Of a DNA stretch of 64,000 nucleotides, positions 19,282-28,656 are shown piece by piece. The DNA comes from an uncultured Gammaproteobacteria bacterium. Its GTDB lineage: Bacteria; Patescibacteriota; Microgenomatia; Daviesbacterales; UBA10151. The first letter of the stretch is position 1; the number at the start of each line of letters is the position of its first letter. The stretch spans positions 11,758 to 75,757 of the forward strand of contig CAYOOO010000003.1 in the NCBI GenBank assembly GCA_964405655.1. Direction: 5' to 3'. A program made the translations under genes and the position numbers. The notes beneath the pieces are model-generated. The model was given only the letters and a program-made list of their open reading frames with translations, was not told where the DNA came from and did no database searches.

Positions 19282-19320
19282 ATTTTACGAATCTTAGCAG
19301 TTGTTGTCAAGACCTGCTAA
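19282..19320 (-). promoter_or_regulatory. groES promoter overlapped by a CIRCE-like (HrcA) operator
   Basis: Minus strand TTAGCAGGT-N9-AACTGCTAA (19294-19320), versus the CIRCE consensus TTAGCACTC-N9-GAGTGCTAA. TTGACA lies in the spacer, 17 bp before TAAAAT. Confidence 0.85.
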
Positions 19321-19321
19321 C

Positions 19322-19392
19322 TATTTGGACAAATTTGGACATAACTTACTTTTGTTATGGAGTCGGCATTGCCAAATTGTCCATCAATAGCT
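19322..19392 (+). repeat. ~70-bp element, right copy of the inverted pair flanking groESL
   Basis: TATTTGGACAAATTTGGACATAACTTACTTTTGTTA...TGCCAAATTGTCCATCAATAGCT; internally an imperfect hairpin. Confidence 0.75.
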
Positions 19393-19415
19393 CAAGTTGT
19401 TAAAATAGTGATCAT

Positions 19416-21641
19416 TTATTTACTGTTTTTATTTTGATCCTCTGGTTCTGGAGTTTTCTCAACTGGTAAACCTTCAATGCTAGCTGGCTTGGGATTTTTA
19501 TCTTGATCAGGATATAGTTGAACTACCTCTTCACCCAAAATATTTTTCTCAGGATTTGAACTTCCTGCTTCTTCTGGTGGAATTTCAGCTTGAGCCTCCA
19601 TAGTTTTAGGCTTCTCCTCCTGTTTAGTCTCAACATAAACTGTTTGCTCTTCCTCTTCCTCAGCTTGCATAATCTCCTGCACGACTTGTTTAGCTGCCTC
19701 CAGTTTAGCCTTTAAGTAGGCAATAATTTCATCCTTGGAAAATCCTCCCAGTAGTAAGAATGGCAAGATCTTGGAGACCATTTCTTTGCCAAGTCTCACT
19801 TTTTCTGGATCACCAGAGAGAAGTAGGTCGATAGCTTTTGGTATTTGCTTAATTTCTTCAAGCAGCCATTCTCTTCTGCTTCTGGGCCTGCCATCAGGCC
19901 CCAAGGGAGGCTCAAGTCGTTGGTAGTTTTCCTGCCAAGTCTTTTTAATTTCTTCATAGTCTTCTAAGCTGACTTTTTGAACCTGATTCTGCTCTGGTAA
20001 CTCTTCCTGATCAGCCTTCGTGGCTTTGACAATCGTTTGGGCTACGGCATTACCTCTATTTGCCTCCTGCATAACTTTAGTCATAATCGAGGCAAATTCT
20101 TCTTTTTCAGCTGGGGAGGCAAGCGGGCTTGCCCCAGTCAGTCTTTTAAGTGACTCATTTAATCGATGTATCTCTTCCTGACCAGTAGCTGAGTGGGATA
20201 GCAGAGCAGTTTCGAAACGGGAGATGTCTTGAATAGTCGGTATGGAAAGATTGGCCAAATCTAAAACTTTTGAGGCTGTTTGCTGACTTTCGATATTACC
20301 AATCAAATTAGGTTTACTAAAAGGTAGACTTCTGGCTAAACCTAAATCTTTAGGTAGCTCTAAAGCCCTAGAGGCAGCTGCCCCTTTAGAAGGAGGCAAA
20401 GGTGGGATTGGTGGTGGGGTAAAGACTGGCGGGAAAGGTGGTGGCTTAGGCAAGGAAGACCTGGGAGGCGGTGGAGAAGTTGAAGGTTGAGGTTTACTGG
20501 CATTAAGAATATACCTGACTAAACGGTTCTCAGGTAAATTGATATTGTTAAAGTAATCCAAAAAGATCTTAAGTAAGATAAAGGGCATAATAATAACCAT
20601 CCAAAGCATCAGCAGTGCAATCACATATTGGATAAATGAATCAGGTAGATTTAAGTTATTGTGGAATTTAATATCCTGACAGGGACCGCCCAAAAGAATA
20701 TTAATTGAGGTTGGATACTCATTTTTTGTCTTATCAACTTCATTTTTACATGGCAAGTTAGGAGTGCTAATAGGAATATAGAGCTGCCACATAGTCACAA
20801 GCCCTGCCAAAAAGACTGCAAAGAGTGGCCCGTATAAAAGCCAGCGGAAAAACTCACCTATCCAAATCTTAGCGCTGTTTCGAAGTGGCGAAAAAAGAAT
20901 TAGTAGGGGAAAAATAGGAGAAACTACCAAGAAAAACCAGAGGATGACTTTTCTCATGATCAATATAGCAAACATCACGTAATAAGTTGCGGCTGTTAAC
21001 TTAACTAAAAGCAGCGAAACTATTGCTGATTCGTCGTAAACATCACCAAATCTTCTATAACCAATAAAGTTTTTATAATCAAAAGCTACATTAAGTAGAT
21101 CTCTTGATGAGATCGGATTACCATCGGGTTTAATAAGAAAAAATCTTTGAACAATATCAAATATCAGATAGATAAATTGGATCAGGTAAAAAGACAAGGT
21201 TACTAGCACAATTGCTAAAACAAAACGGGGTATAAACTTTTTGACTGTTAAAGATGATCCCCGGCTGACAATCAAAAGAAAGGCTCCTGCTAAAATAAAT
21301 AGAGCCAAAATAGCATAAACAATCGTCCTGACTGTTTTCCAAATATTAGAAAACGGATTGTCCTTACCTTGATCAACAAAAGACCAGCCGTAGTTAGCAA
21401 CAACCCAATTCAGAAGGTCTGCGGAACGGGCGGCCAGTTTACCAGCATAGGTAACTTCCTTATCTAAAACCCAATCCCCTGATCCCTCATCATAATCATC
21501 ATCCGAGGTGGTTGTATTGTTTGTTGTATTGTTGGTGGTATTATTAGCACCCCAAGCAGTATGAACCGCTCCTCCCAAACCCAACAGGGGTAACAATGTT
21601 ACAGAAAAGATAACAAGAAAAATTAAATATCTTTTAAACAT
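19416..21641 (-). CDS. VirB6/TrbL-like polytopic membrane protein with long Pro-rich/acidic C-terminal region
   Basis: Signal peptide, NNTT repeats, many TM helices with the MRKVILWFFLVVSP..P...W.GEF..W pattern; directly downstream of pilin genes. Confidence 0.65.
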   Translation of the reverse strand: MFKRYLIFLVIFSVTLLPLLGLGGAVHTAWGANNTTNNTTNNTTTSDDDYDEGSGDWVLDKEVTYAGKLAARSADLLNWVVANYGWSFVDQGKDNPFSNIWKTVRTIVYAILALFILAGAFLLIVSRGSSLTVKKFIPRFVLAIVLVTLSFYLIQFIYLIFDIVQRFFLIKPDGNPISSRDLLNVAFDYKNFIGYRRFGDVYDESAIVSLLLVKLTAATYYVMFAILIMRKVILWFFLVVSPIFPLLILFSPLRNSAKIWIGEFFRWLLYGPLFAVFLAGLVTMWQLYIPISTPNLPCKNEVDKTKNEYPTSINILLGGPCQDIKFHNNLNLPDSFIQYVIALLMLWMVIIMPFILLKIFLDYFNNINLPENRLVRYILNASKPQPSTSPPPPRSSLPKPPPFPPVFTPPPIPPLPPSKGAAASRALELPKDLGLARSLPFSKPNLIGNIESQQTASKVLDLANLSIPTIQDISRFETALLSHSATGQEEIHRLNESLKRLTGASPLASPAEKEEFASIMTKVMQEANRGNAVAQTIVKATKADQEELPEQNQVQKVSLEDYEEIKKTWQENYQRLEPPLGPDGRPRSRREWLLEEIKQIPKAIDLLLSGDPEKVRLGKEMVSKILPFLLLGGFSKDEIIAYLKAKLEAAKQVVQEIMQAEEEEEQTVYVETKQEEKPKTMEAQAEIPPEEAGSSNPEKNILGEEVVQLYPDQDKNPKPASIEGLPVEKTPEPEDQNKNSK

Positions 21642-21646
21642 TACGC

Positions 21647-22030
21647 CTACTTAAATCCCGGCAGCTTAACTACATCAACTGCCACTATCCGATAGATGGC
21701 AAAGCCTGAAACCGCCATGATAATACCGATAATAGCTGAGATAATATAGCTTCGACCTCTGGCAAGCTGAGTTGAGTCCCCTTTTGAAGTAAGTATTAAG
21801 TAGCCACCATAGATAATAAAAAATAAAGCTACAGTACCAATAAATCCCAGACCAATTCCATAAATAGTACTGGTAAAACCAAATGGGTCTTGGGGAATAC
21901 AACCAAGCTCGGTGGGTGCACAAGTAGGAGATGGATTAGGACTTGGGCTCTCAGCCAGAATAGACTGTGGAGTTAAAAAGATAACTAAAATAATTACAAA
22001 TTTTAAGTATTTGAGCAGGAATTTATTCAT
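21647..22030 (-). CDS. VirB2/TrbC-like pilin (T4SS pilin)
   Basis: Signal peptide, then TM-IIYGGY..LTSKGD....RGR..I..AIIG-TM hairpin. Confidence 0.82.
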   Translation of the reverse strand: MNKFLLKYLKFVIILVIFLTPQSILAESPSPNPSPTCAPTELGCIPQDPFGFTSTIYGIGLGFIGTVALFFIIYGGYLILTSKGDSTQLARGRSYIISAIIGIIMAVSGFAIYRIVAVDVVKLPGFK

Positions 22031-22036
22031 TTTAAA

Positions 22037-22441
22037 TTAACAACCAGTTAATCCTAAGATTGTGCAATCTATATTGGCAATCTTAGCAACTATTTTAATT
22101 AGGAAAAAAGCCAGTAAAATAATTACTAGCCCGACAATTGCAAAGGTCATGGTTTTTCTGGCATCCCTGACCCTATCCTGATCTCCCCCGGAGGTTAAGA
22201 ATTTAATTCCTGAGAAGGTAATAAAAAAAACTGTCACTACTGCTGAAAAACCTAAGATAAAACCGTTGATGTTGTTTAAAAAAACTGGGATACACTTTAG
22301 GGTAGCAATGCCCTGATTATCAATGCAGCCTTGTAATAAACCCTCATCAGCGGAGACATGTTTATAAAGATTGAAATAAGCTAGCAGCGATATTAAAAAG
22401 AGTAGGCTCTTTTTTCTCAAATTAATGAGTTCTAGGGGCAT
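22037..22441 (-). CDS. VirB2/TrbC-like pilin (T4SS pilin)
   Basis: SGIKFLTSGGDQDRVRDARKTMTFAIVGL motif. Confidence 0.82.
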   Translation of the reverse strand: MPLELINLRKKSLLFLISLLAYFNLYKHVSADEGLLQGCIDNQGIATLKCIPVFLNNINGFILGFSAVVTVFFITFSGIKFLTSGGDQDRVRDARKTMTFAIVGLVIILLAFFLIKIVAKIANIDCTILGLTGC

Positions 22442-22522
22442 ATAGAATTAGGGTATCACATATTTGGTTTTTTCGACATAACTTGGGTAATCAATTAAAT
22501 CTAGTGTAGAAGAGTCTAAAAA

Positions 22523-22954
22523 CTATGGTTTGACGTTTTTGAGGGTTGGCAACTTAAAACCCTCTTTAAGCGGATTATCAGCTCCTAATATGTTAAAAAC
22601 CACATTTAAAATAAAAAAGGTTCCAGCCACCACCACTAATCCAATTACAGCTGAGATTACGTGTTTGCGGGCTGACTCGACAGCGACTTTATCCCCCCTT
22701 GAGGTCATCCATCTAATTCCTCCATACATCAAATAAACTACAGCCAAAAAGATGGCTAGGGCAAAGATTAGGTTAACAATCAATTGAGGAATAGCTTCAG
22801 CATCAACATCTGCACCAACTGATCCTTTTGGAGGACCAAAGTTAGCCCCGCTGCCTTGAGCAAAAGTTGAGGTAGTCACAAGAAGAAAGGTGGCTTCGGT
22901 TAAGAGAAACGCGGTTCCTTTTTTAACTAAACTAGATATTCTGGGCATTACCAT
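22523..22954 (-). CDS. VirB2/TrbC-like pilin (T4SS pilin)
   Basis: YGGIRWMTSRGDKVAVESARKHVISAVIGL motif; TTGACA-17-TGACAT upstream. Confidence 0.82.
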   Translation of the reverse strand: MVMPRISSLVKKGTAFLLTEATFLLVTTSTFAQGSGANFGPPKGSVGADVDAEAIPQLIVNLIFALAIFLAVVYLMYGGIRWMTSRGDKVAVESARKHVISAVIGLVVVAGTFFILNVVFNILGADNPLKEGFKLPTLKNVKP

Positions 22955-23079
22955 TTATGTCATCACACTTTCAATTTTTTGTCAATAGATCTTGGCTTTC
23001 TGGACAGATGTAAAACTGCTATATTGGAAGTACTACCAGAAAGCCATCACAAGTAGAGTACTCAAAAATATTTAAAATT

Positions 23080-24501
23080 ATGGGAACCAATAAGCTCCAT
23101 CGTGGACAATTCGGCTATAGAAACTACTGCAACAGAAATAGTTATGACCGAATTAGTCCAAAAGAAAAAGGCTATATAGAGTTTATCCTAATCTTACTTT
23201 TAGCTTTAGTAGTCCTCGCTCTCTGGCCAATCAAGTTTTCTAACCAGTCCACTAGCACCAATGACACCTCAACTCTAGCTAATCCTTGCAATCAAAACAG
23301 TGCCAGCCAATCAGCCAATATCCTTGCTCCGCCTTACCCTACCAAGGATAACGAAGACTCAGAAGGAGCTGATAGAGTATACAAACCTGTCCGTTTAAAT
23401 GTTCCAGTCAATATTCAGTTTTATAATACTGATAGACATTTTATAGTTAAACAACCAAATAGGACTATTAATGGTAAAAGTTATGATGTTTACTATCCTA
23501 ATAAACCCAACGGAGCAGGAGAAATCCGTTGGCCTCAAGGGATTGTCAGCAAGTACAGACATCCGGGTGATAAAAGAGATCTTCTTTACTTTACTGACTT
23601 TCATCTAATCTTTTTAGTCCAACTTAAAAATGGCCAACCAATTATCATGACTGGACCGGATGATAGAAACAGACAAGCAACTTTTTACCTGACTGATATC
23701 TATCAAGACAGCGGGGAATCGAATGTTCTACCTACTGATGCCTTTGGTTGTAAAAGTTCTAGTTCGGTTGACCCGAGTGAAGACGGAAATCAATCCAGAA
23801 TTATTTTCCCCAATCAAGGTAAAAGCCAAGATCAGAAACAACTTCAGCTTGAATACTTTGTTTTAGATAATGCCAGTAGTTCAGGAGCTATTATCTCTGG
23901 AGGTGGTTGGAGTCCTTTATGTAAACCTGCAATTTACTTGTATCCTCAGCAAAAACAGAGGGTTAATGTTAGGGTCAAAACTTTAGGTTACTTAACTTAT
24001 ACTGATCCAATTTATCCAAAAGAAACAGGCTGGATCGCAACTGCTTACCCAGATGGCAAAATAGAAACCAATCAAAAAACTTACCCTTATTTATATTATG
24101 AATCTAAAGTTGAGGATAAGTTTATTAAAAAACCTGATCAAGGGTTTGTAGTCAAATTTGATAAATTAGCAGAAACTTTTGATTTTCTCTTACCCAAACT
24201 TGGATTAGATCCAAACCAAACTAAGGACTTTAAGGATTACTGGACTAAAGCTTTAGCTTATTCTCCTTACTATTTTGTTGGTGTCATGAGTCAAAATGAG
24301 GTAGATCAAATTGAACCGCTTGAGGTTTCTCCAAAACCAGACACTGTTATTAGAGTCAGGTTGTACTTTCAAGCTTTAGATAGCCAAATTCAAGTAAGCC
24401 TGCCAATTTTAATCACTCCTCAAAAAAGTGGATTTAGTCTAGTAGAATGGGGCGGGCTAGTTAAAACTGACTCTCTTTCTCCTTTTACCTGCTCTCAGTA
24501 G
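23080..24501 (+). CDS. Membrane-anchored exported protein with C-terminal KPxIYLYP...EWGG domain of unknown function
   Basis: KGYIEF followed by a hydrophobic helix; C-terminal CKPAIYLYP, YPYLYYE, PKPDTVIRV and LVEWGG. Confidence 0.75.
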   Translation: MGTNKLHRGQFGYRNYCNRNSYDRISPKEKGYIEFILILLLALVVLALWPIKFSNQSTSTNDTSTLANPCNQNSASQSANILAPPYPTKDNEDSEGADRVYKPVRLNVPVNIQFYNTDRHFIVKQPNRTINGKSYDVYYPNKPNGAGEIRWPQGIVSKYRHPGDKRDLLYFTDFHLIFLVQLKNGQPIIMTGPDDRNRQATFYLTDIYQDSGESNVLPTDAFGCKSSSSVDPSEDGNQSRIIFPNQGKSQDQKQLQLEYFVLDNASSSGAIISGGGWSPLCKPAIYLYPQQKQRVNVRVKTLGYLTYTDPIYPKETGWIATAYPDGKIETNQKTYPYLYYESKVEDKFIKKPDQGFVVKFDKLAETFDFLLPKLGLDPNQTKDFKDYWTKALAYSPYYFVGVMSQNEVDQIEPLEVSPKPDTVIRVRLYFQALDSQIQVSLPILITPQKSGFSLVEWGGLVKTDSLSPFTCSQ

Positions 24502-24505
24502 TAAA

Positions 24506-24865
24506 TTACTTTTTAATCTTGAGAAGATCTGAAGGTTTTCCGCCAGTTACTTTAATAACTAATGAAACAATGGCAAATGCTCCAACTACCAGAATTAATC
24601 CTAAGATTGAATACATCAGTCTCTTTCTAGCTTTTTGTAGTTTATCGCTATCCCCGCCTGAAGTAATCATCTGAATACCTGAGACCATCATCATAACTAC
24701 TATCAAAACAATTGCTCCTAAAAAAAGGAGGTTATAACCAGTCAGTAAAACTGGTAAACCACTAGTATTTATATCCCCTGTTAACTGGCTGGGTAACCCA
24801 GAAGGAGGAGGTAATTCTTGAGTTCCGCCAGATGAGGTAGGAATTTGCAGAGCCAAGTTATTCAT
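24506..24865 (-). CDS. VirB2/TrbC-like pilin (T4SS pilin)
   Basis: SGIQMITSGGDSDKLQKARKRLMYSILGL motif; starts 1 bp after the Clp ATPase stop. Confidence 0.8.
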   Translation of the reverse strand: MNNLALQIPTSSGGTQELPPPSGLPSQLTGDINTSGLPVLLTGYNLLFLGAIVLIVVMMMVSGIQMITSGGDSDKLQKARKRLMYSILGLILVVGAFAIVSLVIKVTGGKPSDLLKIKK

Positions 24866-24866
24866 G

Positions 24867-27668
24867 CTAGTCAGTTGAGGATACAGTGCTATTGTTAATC
24901 ATGACTGTGGGATCTCCTAAAGGCTGAATACCGCCAGATTCAGGATCAGCTGGGGCTGAAGAAGAAGCTAGCGACGGTTGCTGTCCACCAAAGTTTGGCT
25001 GAGTAGGAGTTTGAGGATTAGTAGACGCAGTCATCATTGAAGATGGAGTATTTGATTGATTTTCAGCCGGCTTGGCTGGTTGTGCAGAAGCGTGAACAGC
25101 AACTGGGTTGTGCATTCTATTGGTAGAAAAGCTCTGCTTATTAAAGGTGAACTTATCTTGGGTTGGATTATAGTCAACAATGACTGTATCCGAAGCGACA
25201 ATGCTTTTGTTGATTAGATAAATCGCAATTGGGTTCTCTATAACTCTTTGGATTAACCTTCTTAAGGGCCTGGCTCCGTAAACTGGATCATAACCCTCTT
25301 TAGCCAGTTGATTAAGGGCAGTTTGAGAGATCTGTAGCCCTACCTGCTGCTCTTTAAGCATCTTCCTAGTATTTTCAATACCAAGCTTGGCAATTTGGGT
25401 CATATGTTGTTGGGTTAGTGGCTCAAAGATGACTATCTCATCGAAACGGTTTAAAAACTCTGGCCTAAAGTGTTTATTTAACTCATCTAAAACCAGCTTA
25501 GATAACTTCCTAAAGTTGTTATCATCCTCAGTTGAATCAGTTGGTGAAGCCATAAATTGAGCTGGGATACCATCATCTTTTTTCGCCTGAACTTCGTTTG
25601 ATGGGTTAGGTTTGTCTGCTGCGGCAACTCCCATATAATAGCCTGGAGTTTGCTCTTTGGCAGCTTCAACTTTTTTATCTTCAGCAGTAGTTGATTTGGC
25701 ATTTTTAGCAGCTTGAGATTGGATTATGAAATCCCTAATTAAATTACTACCAACATTAGAAGTTGCTATCACAATGGTGTTTTTAAAAGAGACTGTATTG
25801 CCTTTATTATCAGTTAACCTGCCATCCTCCAGAAGCTGGAGCATAATATTAAAAACATCTGGATGAGCTTTCTCAATCTCATCTAAAAGTACAATTGAAT
25901 AAGGTTTTTTCCTGACTGCCTCGGTCAACTGACCTCCCTCCTCATAACCAACATAACCAGGTGGTGCGCCAATTAGTTTGGCCACCTCATGCTTTTCCAT
26001 ATATTCAGACATATCCAGTCTGATCATAGAAGTTTGAGCACCAAACATAATTTCTGCCAAAATTTTAGCAATCTCGGTTTTACCGGTTCCAGTTGGGCCT
26101 AGAAAGATAAAGGAGGCAATCGGTCGATTGAGATTAGCCAAACCAATTCTACCTCTTCTGACTGCCTCAGCCACAGCCTTGACAGCCCGGTCGTGATCAA
26201 TATATTTTTTATGAATTAGCTCCTCCAGATGCAGCAGCTTATCAGACTCTTTTTCAGTCAATTTAGCAATCGGGATGCCTGTTTGAGCAGAAACAATATT
26301 TTGGATATCAGCTTCCTTGATAGTAGAATCCTGTCTTTTGCCATTAGCTTGTTGGAGCCTTATTTCAGAGGCTGACTCGTCTAAAAGATCGATGGCCTTA
26401 TCCGGTAAAAACCTCTCGCCAATGTACCTTTTCGATAACTTGACTGCTGCTATCAAACTCTCCGGGGCAAAGGTCACCCGGTGAAACTTTTCATACTTGG
26501 GCTGAAGAATCTTCAGCATCTCAATCGCTAGCTGCTCATTTGGCTCCTCAGCTACAACTGGCTGGAATCTTCTTTGAAAAGCCTTATCTTTTTCCAAATA
26601 TCTTCGATACTCAGCCGTAGTAGTTGCACCAATGACTTGAATCTGCCCTCTGGCCAAGTATGGTTTTAAGATGTTTGAGGCATCTAGTGCACCACCTGTT
26701 TCACCTGCTCCAATAATAGTGTGTATTTCGTCAATAAACAGGATTATTTGGCCATTTGAAGCCATTGTCTCTTTAATAACCTGTTGTAATCTTTCCTCAA
26801 ACTCACCTCGATGTGAGGCACCGGCGACCAGTGAGGAAACTTCTAGTTGAATGATTTTTCGATTTTGTAGCTCAGAAGGAACTCTTTTTTGAATAATCAT
26901 CTGAGCTAACCCCTCAACTATAGCGGTCTTTCCAGTCCCAGCCTCACCAATAATAACCGGATTATTCTTGGTTCGTCTAAGCAGAATATGAACCATCCGG
27001 CGCATCTCAATATCCCGCCCGGCAACCGGATCTAACTTACCCTGAGCAGCTGCCTCAGTCAAATCTATCCCAAACTGCTTTAAAGCACTCTTCTTGCCGC
27101 TTTGAAACTCAGTGTTTTTAGAAAACTTTTCTTCTACTTTAGATTTATCTAAACCCTTGGCTTTAAGAGCCTCACTGGCTGTTGAGCTGGCTGAAAAAAG
27201 AGCCAAAAGCATATCTTCAGGTGTGACAAAATCCACTCCCCTACCTTTAGCACTACTGTAGGCAGACTCTAAAATCTGCTTGGAGGTCTCAGACAAGGTT
27301 GGATCAGCGCTAAAATTGCCTGGTTGCTGTTTGGCTTGAAGCTCACGGGTTAAATTGGCCACATCGACTGAAAACTCTTGTAAAGTATTAAAAATTTCCC
27401 GATCAGATATTAAGGCCAGTAAGAGCTGGTCTGGTTCAATAAAAGCCGCTCTTAACTTCTTTGCCTCCTCATAAGCTTGGGTGATGATCTGGGTAGCCCT
27501 GGCATCAAGATGAGAAAGCGCATTAATATCATGTTTTAAAATTGGATTAATATTCGAGTTAACCAAATTTTGAGCTTGTTTATCTGAAGATTTTTCAGAG
27601 GACTGATCTTTTTCGGACGTTACAGTTTGGTTAGTTTTAGCTGGAAATAGACTATCAAATAATGACAT
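24867..27668 (-). CDS. Clp/Hsp100 AAA+ ATPase (ClpA/ClpC-like)
   Basis: Clp-N repeats, RRTKNNP, GEAGTGKT, FIDEIH, LPDKAIDL, GPTGTGKT, LDEIEKAHP and GARPLRR. Confidence 0.93.
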   Translation of the reverse strand: MSLFDSLFPAKTNQTVTSEKDQSSEKSSDKQAQNLVNSNINPILKHDINALSHLDARATQIITQAYEEAKKLRAAFIEPDQLLLALISDREIFNTLQEFSVDVANLTRELQAKQQPGNFSADPTLSETSKQILESAYSSAKGRGVDFVTPEDMLLALFSASSTASEALKAKGLDKSKVEEKFSKNTEFQSGKKSALKQFGIDLTEAAAQGKLDPVAGRDIEMRRMVHILLRRTKNNPVIIGEAGTGKTAIVEGLAQMIIQKRVPSELQNRKIIQLEVSSLVAGASHRGEFEERLQQVIKETMASNGQIILFIDEIHTIIGAGETGGALDASNILKPYLARGQIQVIGATTTAEYRRYLEKDKAFQRRFQPVVAEEPNEQLAIEMLKILQPKYEKFHRVTFAPESLIAAVKLSKRYIGERFLPDKAIDLLDESASEIRLQQANGKRQDSTIKEADIQNIVSAQTGIPIAKLTEKESDKLLHLEELIHKKYIDHDRAVKAVAEAVRRGRIGLANLNRPIASFIFLGPTGTGKTEIAKILAEIMFGAQTSMIRLDMSEYMEKHEVAKLIGAPPGYVGYEEGGQLTEAVRKKPYSIVLLDEIEKAHPDVFNIMLQLLEDGRLTDNKGNTVSFKNTIVIATSNVGSNLIRDFIIQSQAAKNAKSTTAEDKKVEAAKEQTPGYYMGVAAADKPNPSNEVQAKKDDGIPAQFMASPTDSTEDDNNFRKLSKLVLDELNKHFRPEFLNRFDEIVIFEPLTQQHMTQIAKLGIENTRKMLKEQQVGLQISQTALNQLAKEGYDPVYGARPLRRLIQRVIENPIAIYLINKSIVASDTVIVDYNPTQDKFTFNKQSFSTNRMHNPVAVHASAQPAKPAENQSNTPSSMMTASTNPQTPTQPNFGGQQPSLASSSAPADPESGGIQPLGDPTVMINNSTVSSTD

Positions 27669-27747
27669 AGGCAGATGTTTTTTCTTTCAACTTTAACTCC
27701 ATTCTACATAAGTTTTGAGCAAAAAGGCAATCTAGTAAGCCTAAATG

Positions 27748-28626
27748 CTATACTATTTTTTCTAAGCGGCATCTTTGCAAATATTCTTGTAGTATAAAAG
27801 GACGGTAATCTTGAGGGTGCAAATAAAGAGCATTGTTTGAGATTTTTTCTAAACCTTTAGGTTTTCCCATATGTGAAAGTTGGAGTTTTTTAAATATCTT
27901 TTCAATGGGGTTAATAAAATTTTTACTATTAAAATCCCAAAATTTTCTTTTATTTTTAGTTTTACTACTGAAACTTTGAACAGTTGACCAGTTTGGTAAA
28001 AAATTAAAAGCCCAAGAGTTTTCTTCTAGGTACTTTTTATACATATCATCTTTTTGCCATAAGACCTTCATCTGAAGAACTTCATGCGCAAGATAGATAT
28101 CTTTGTTAGATTGGCCTAAACTATCTTCTTCGAGTAATAAATTAACACAAATTTTTTGAGCAATTTTTCTACCCTTCTCCCCCTTTTTACGTCTGATTCT
28201 TAGGATATCCAGTAAACCTAAGATCATTAACCTGGATGTCCAAAGTCGATTCTTAGCAGTGATTATAAAAAAGTCGATATCATCATTTTTACTGGCATTA
28301 TCCATTGCCAGATTTCCTGAAATTCCAACCAGTTTTATCCAAGGGATAATTTTTAAAAGTTTTGCAACCTTCTCAGCCTTTTTAAGAAGTGAATTTGAAA
28401 AATGCTGTCTATTGATTCTTTTTTCAACTAGCCTTTTTTTATCTGGTAGAAAGTAATATCCAGATCTAGTTTTAACTTTTCCTTTTTTTATTAGAATTAG
28501 CAGGCCTTTTTCAACTTGCCTTAAAGTGAGCTTCTGACCAATTAACCATTTATGAATCTCCCAAGCCTTTAAAGGATAATCAAACAAACTTGAGTAAATT
28601 AAAGTTTTCAAGATCGCTTTTTCCAC
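27748..28626 (-). CDS. Conserved hypothetical protein with nucleotidyltransferase-like motif
   Basis: TLIYSSLFDYPL N-terminus; GISGNLA....KNDDIDFFII (Pol-beta-type G-S..DxD); GTG start. Confidence 0.72.
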   Translation of the reverse strand: MEKAILKTLIYSSLFDYPLKAWEIHKWLIGQKLTLRQVEKGLLILIKKGKVKTRSGYYFLPDKKRLVEKRINRQHFSNSLLKKAEKVAKLLKIIPWIKLVGISGNLAMDNASKNDDIDFFIITAKNRLWTSRLMILGLLDILRIRRKKGEKGRKIAQKICVNLLLEEDSLGQSNKDIYLAHEVLQMKVLWQKDDMYKKYLEENSWAFNFLPNWSTVQSFSSKTKNKRKFWDFNSKNFINPIEKIFKKLQLSHMGKPKGLEKISNNALYLHPQDYRPFILQEYLQRCRLEKIV

Positions 28627-28656
28627 AAGGGTAATTTATCATATAATGGGCAAGCT

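Noticed and set aside
17103-19392. Inverted repeats as integron attC sites or IS ends
   Set aside because: No convincing RYYYAAC/GTTRRRY pair, and no integrase, transposase or target duplication seen; kept only as an unexplained repeat.
21508-21545. 12-bp tandem repeats encoding NNTT x3
   Set aside because: Ordinary low-complexity linker; not CRISPR-like because there are no spacers.
22461-22490. TTCGACATAACTT resembling a XerD/dif arm or part of the groESL repeat
   Set aside because: No partner XerC arm at the right spacing, and the site is near the origin, not the terminus.
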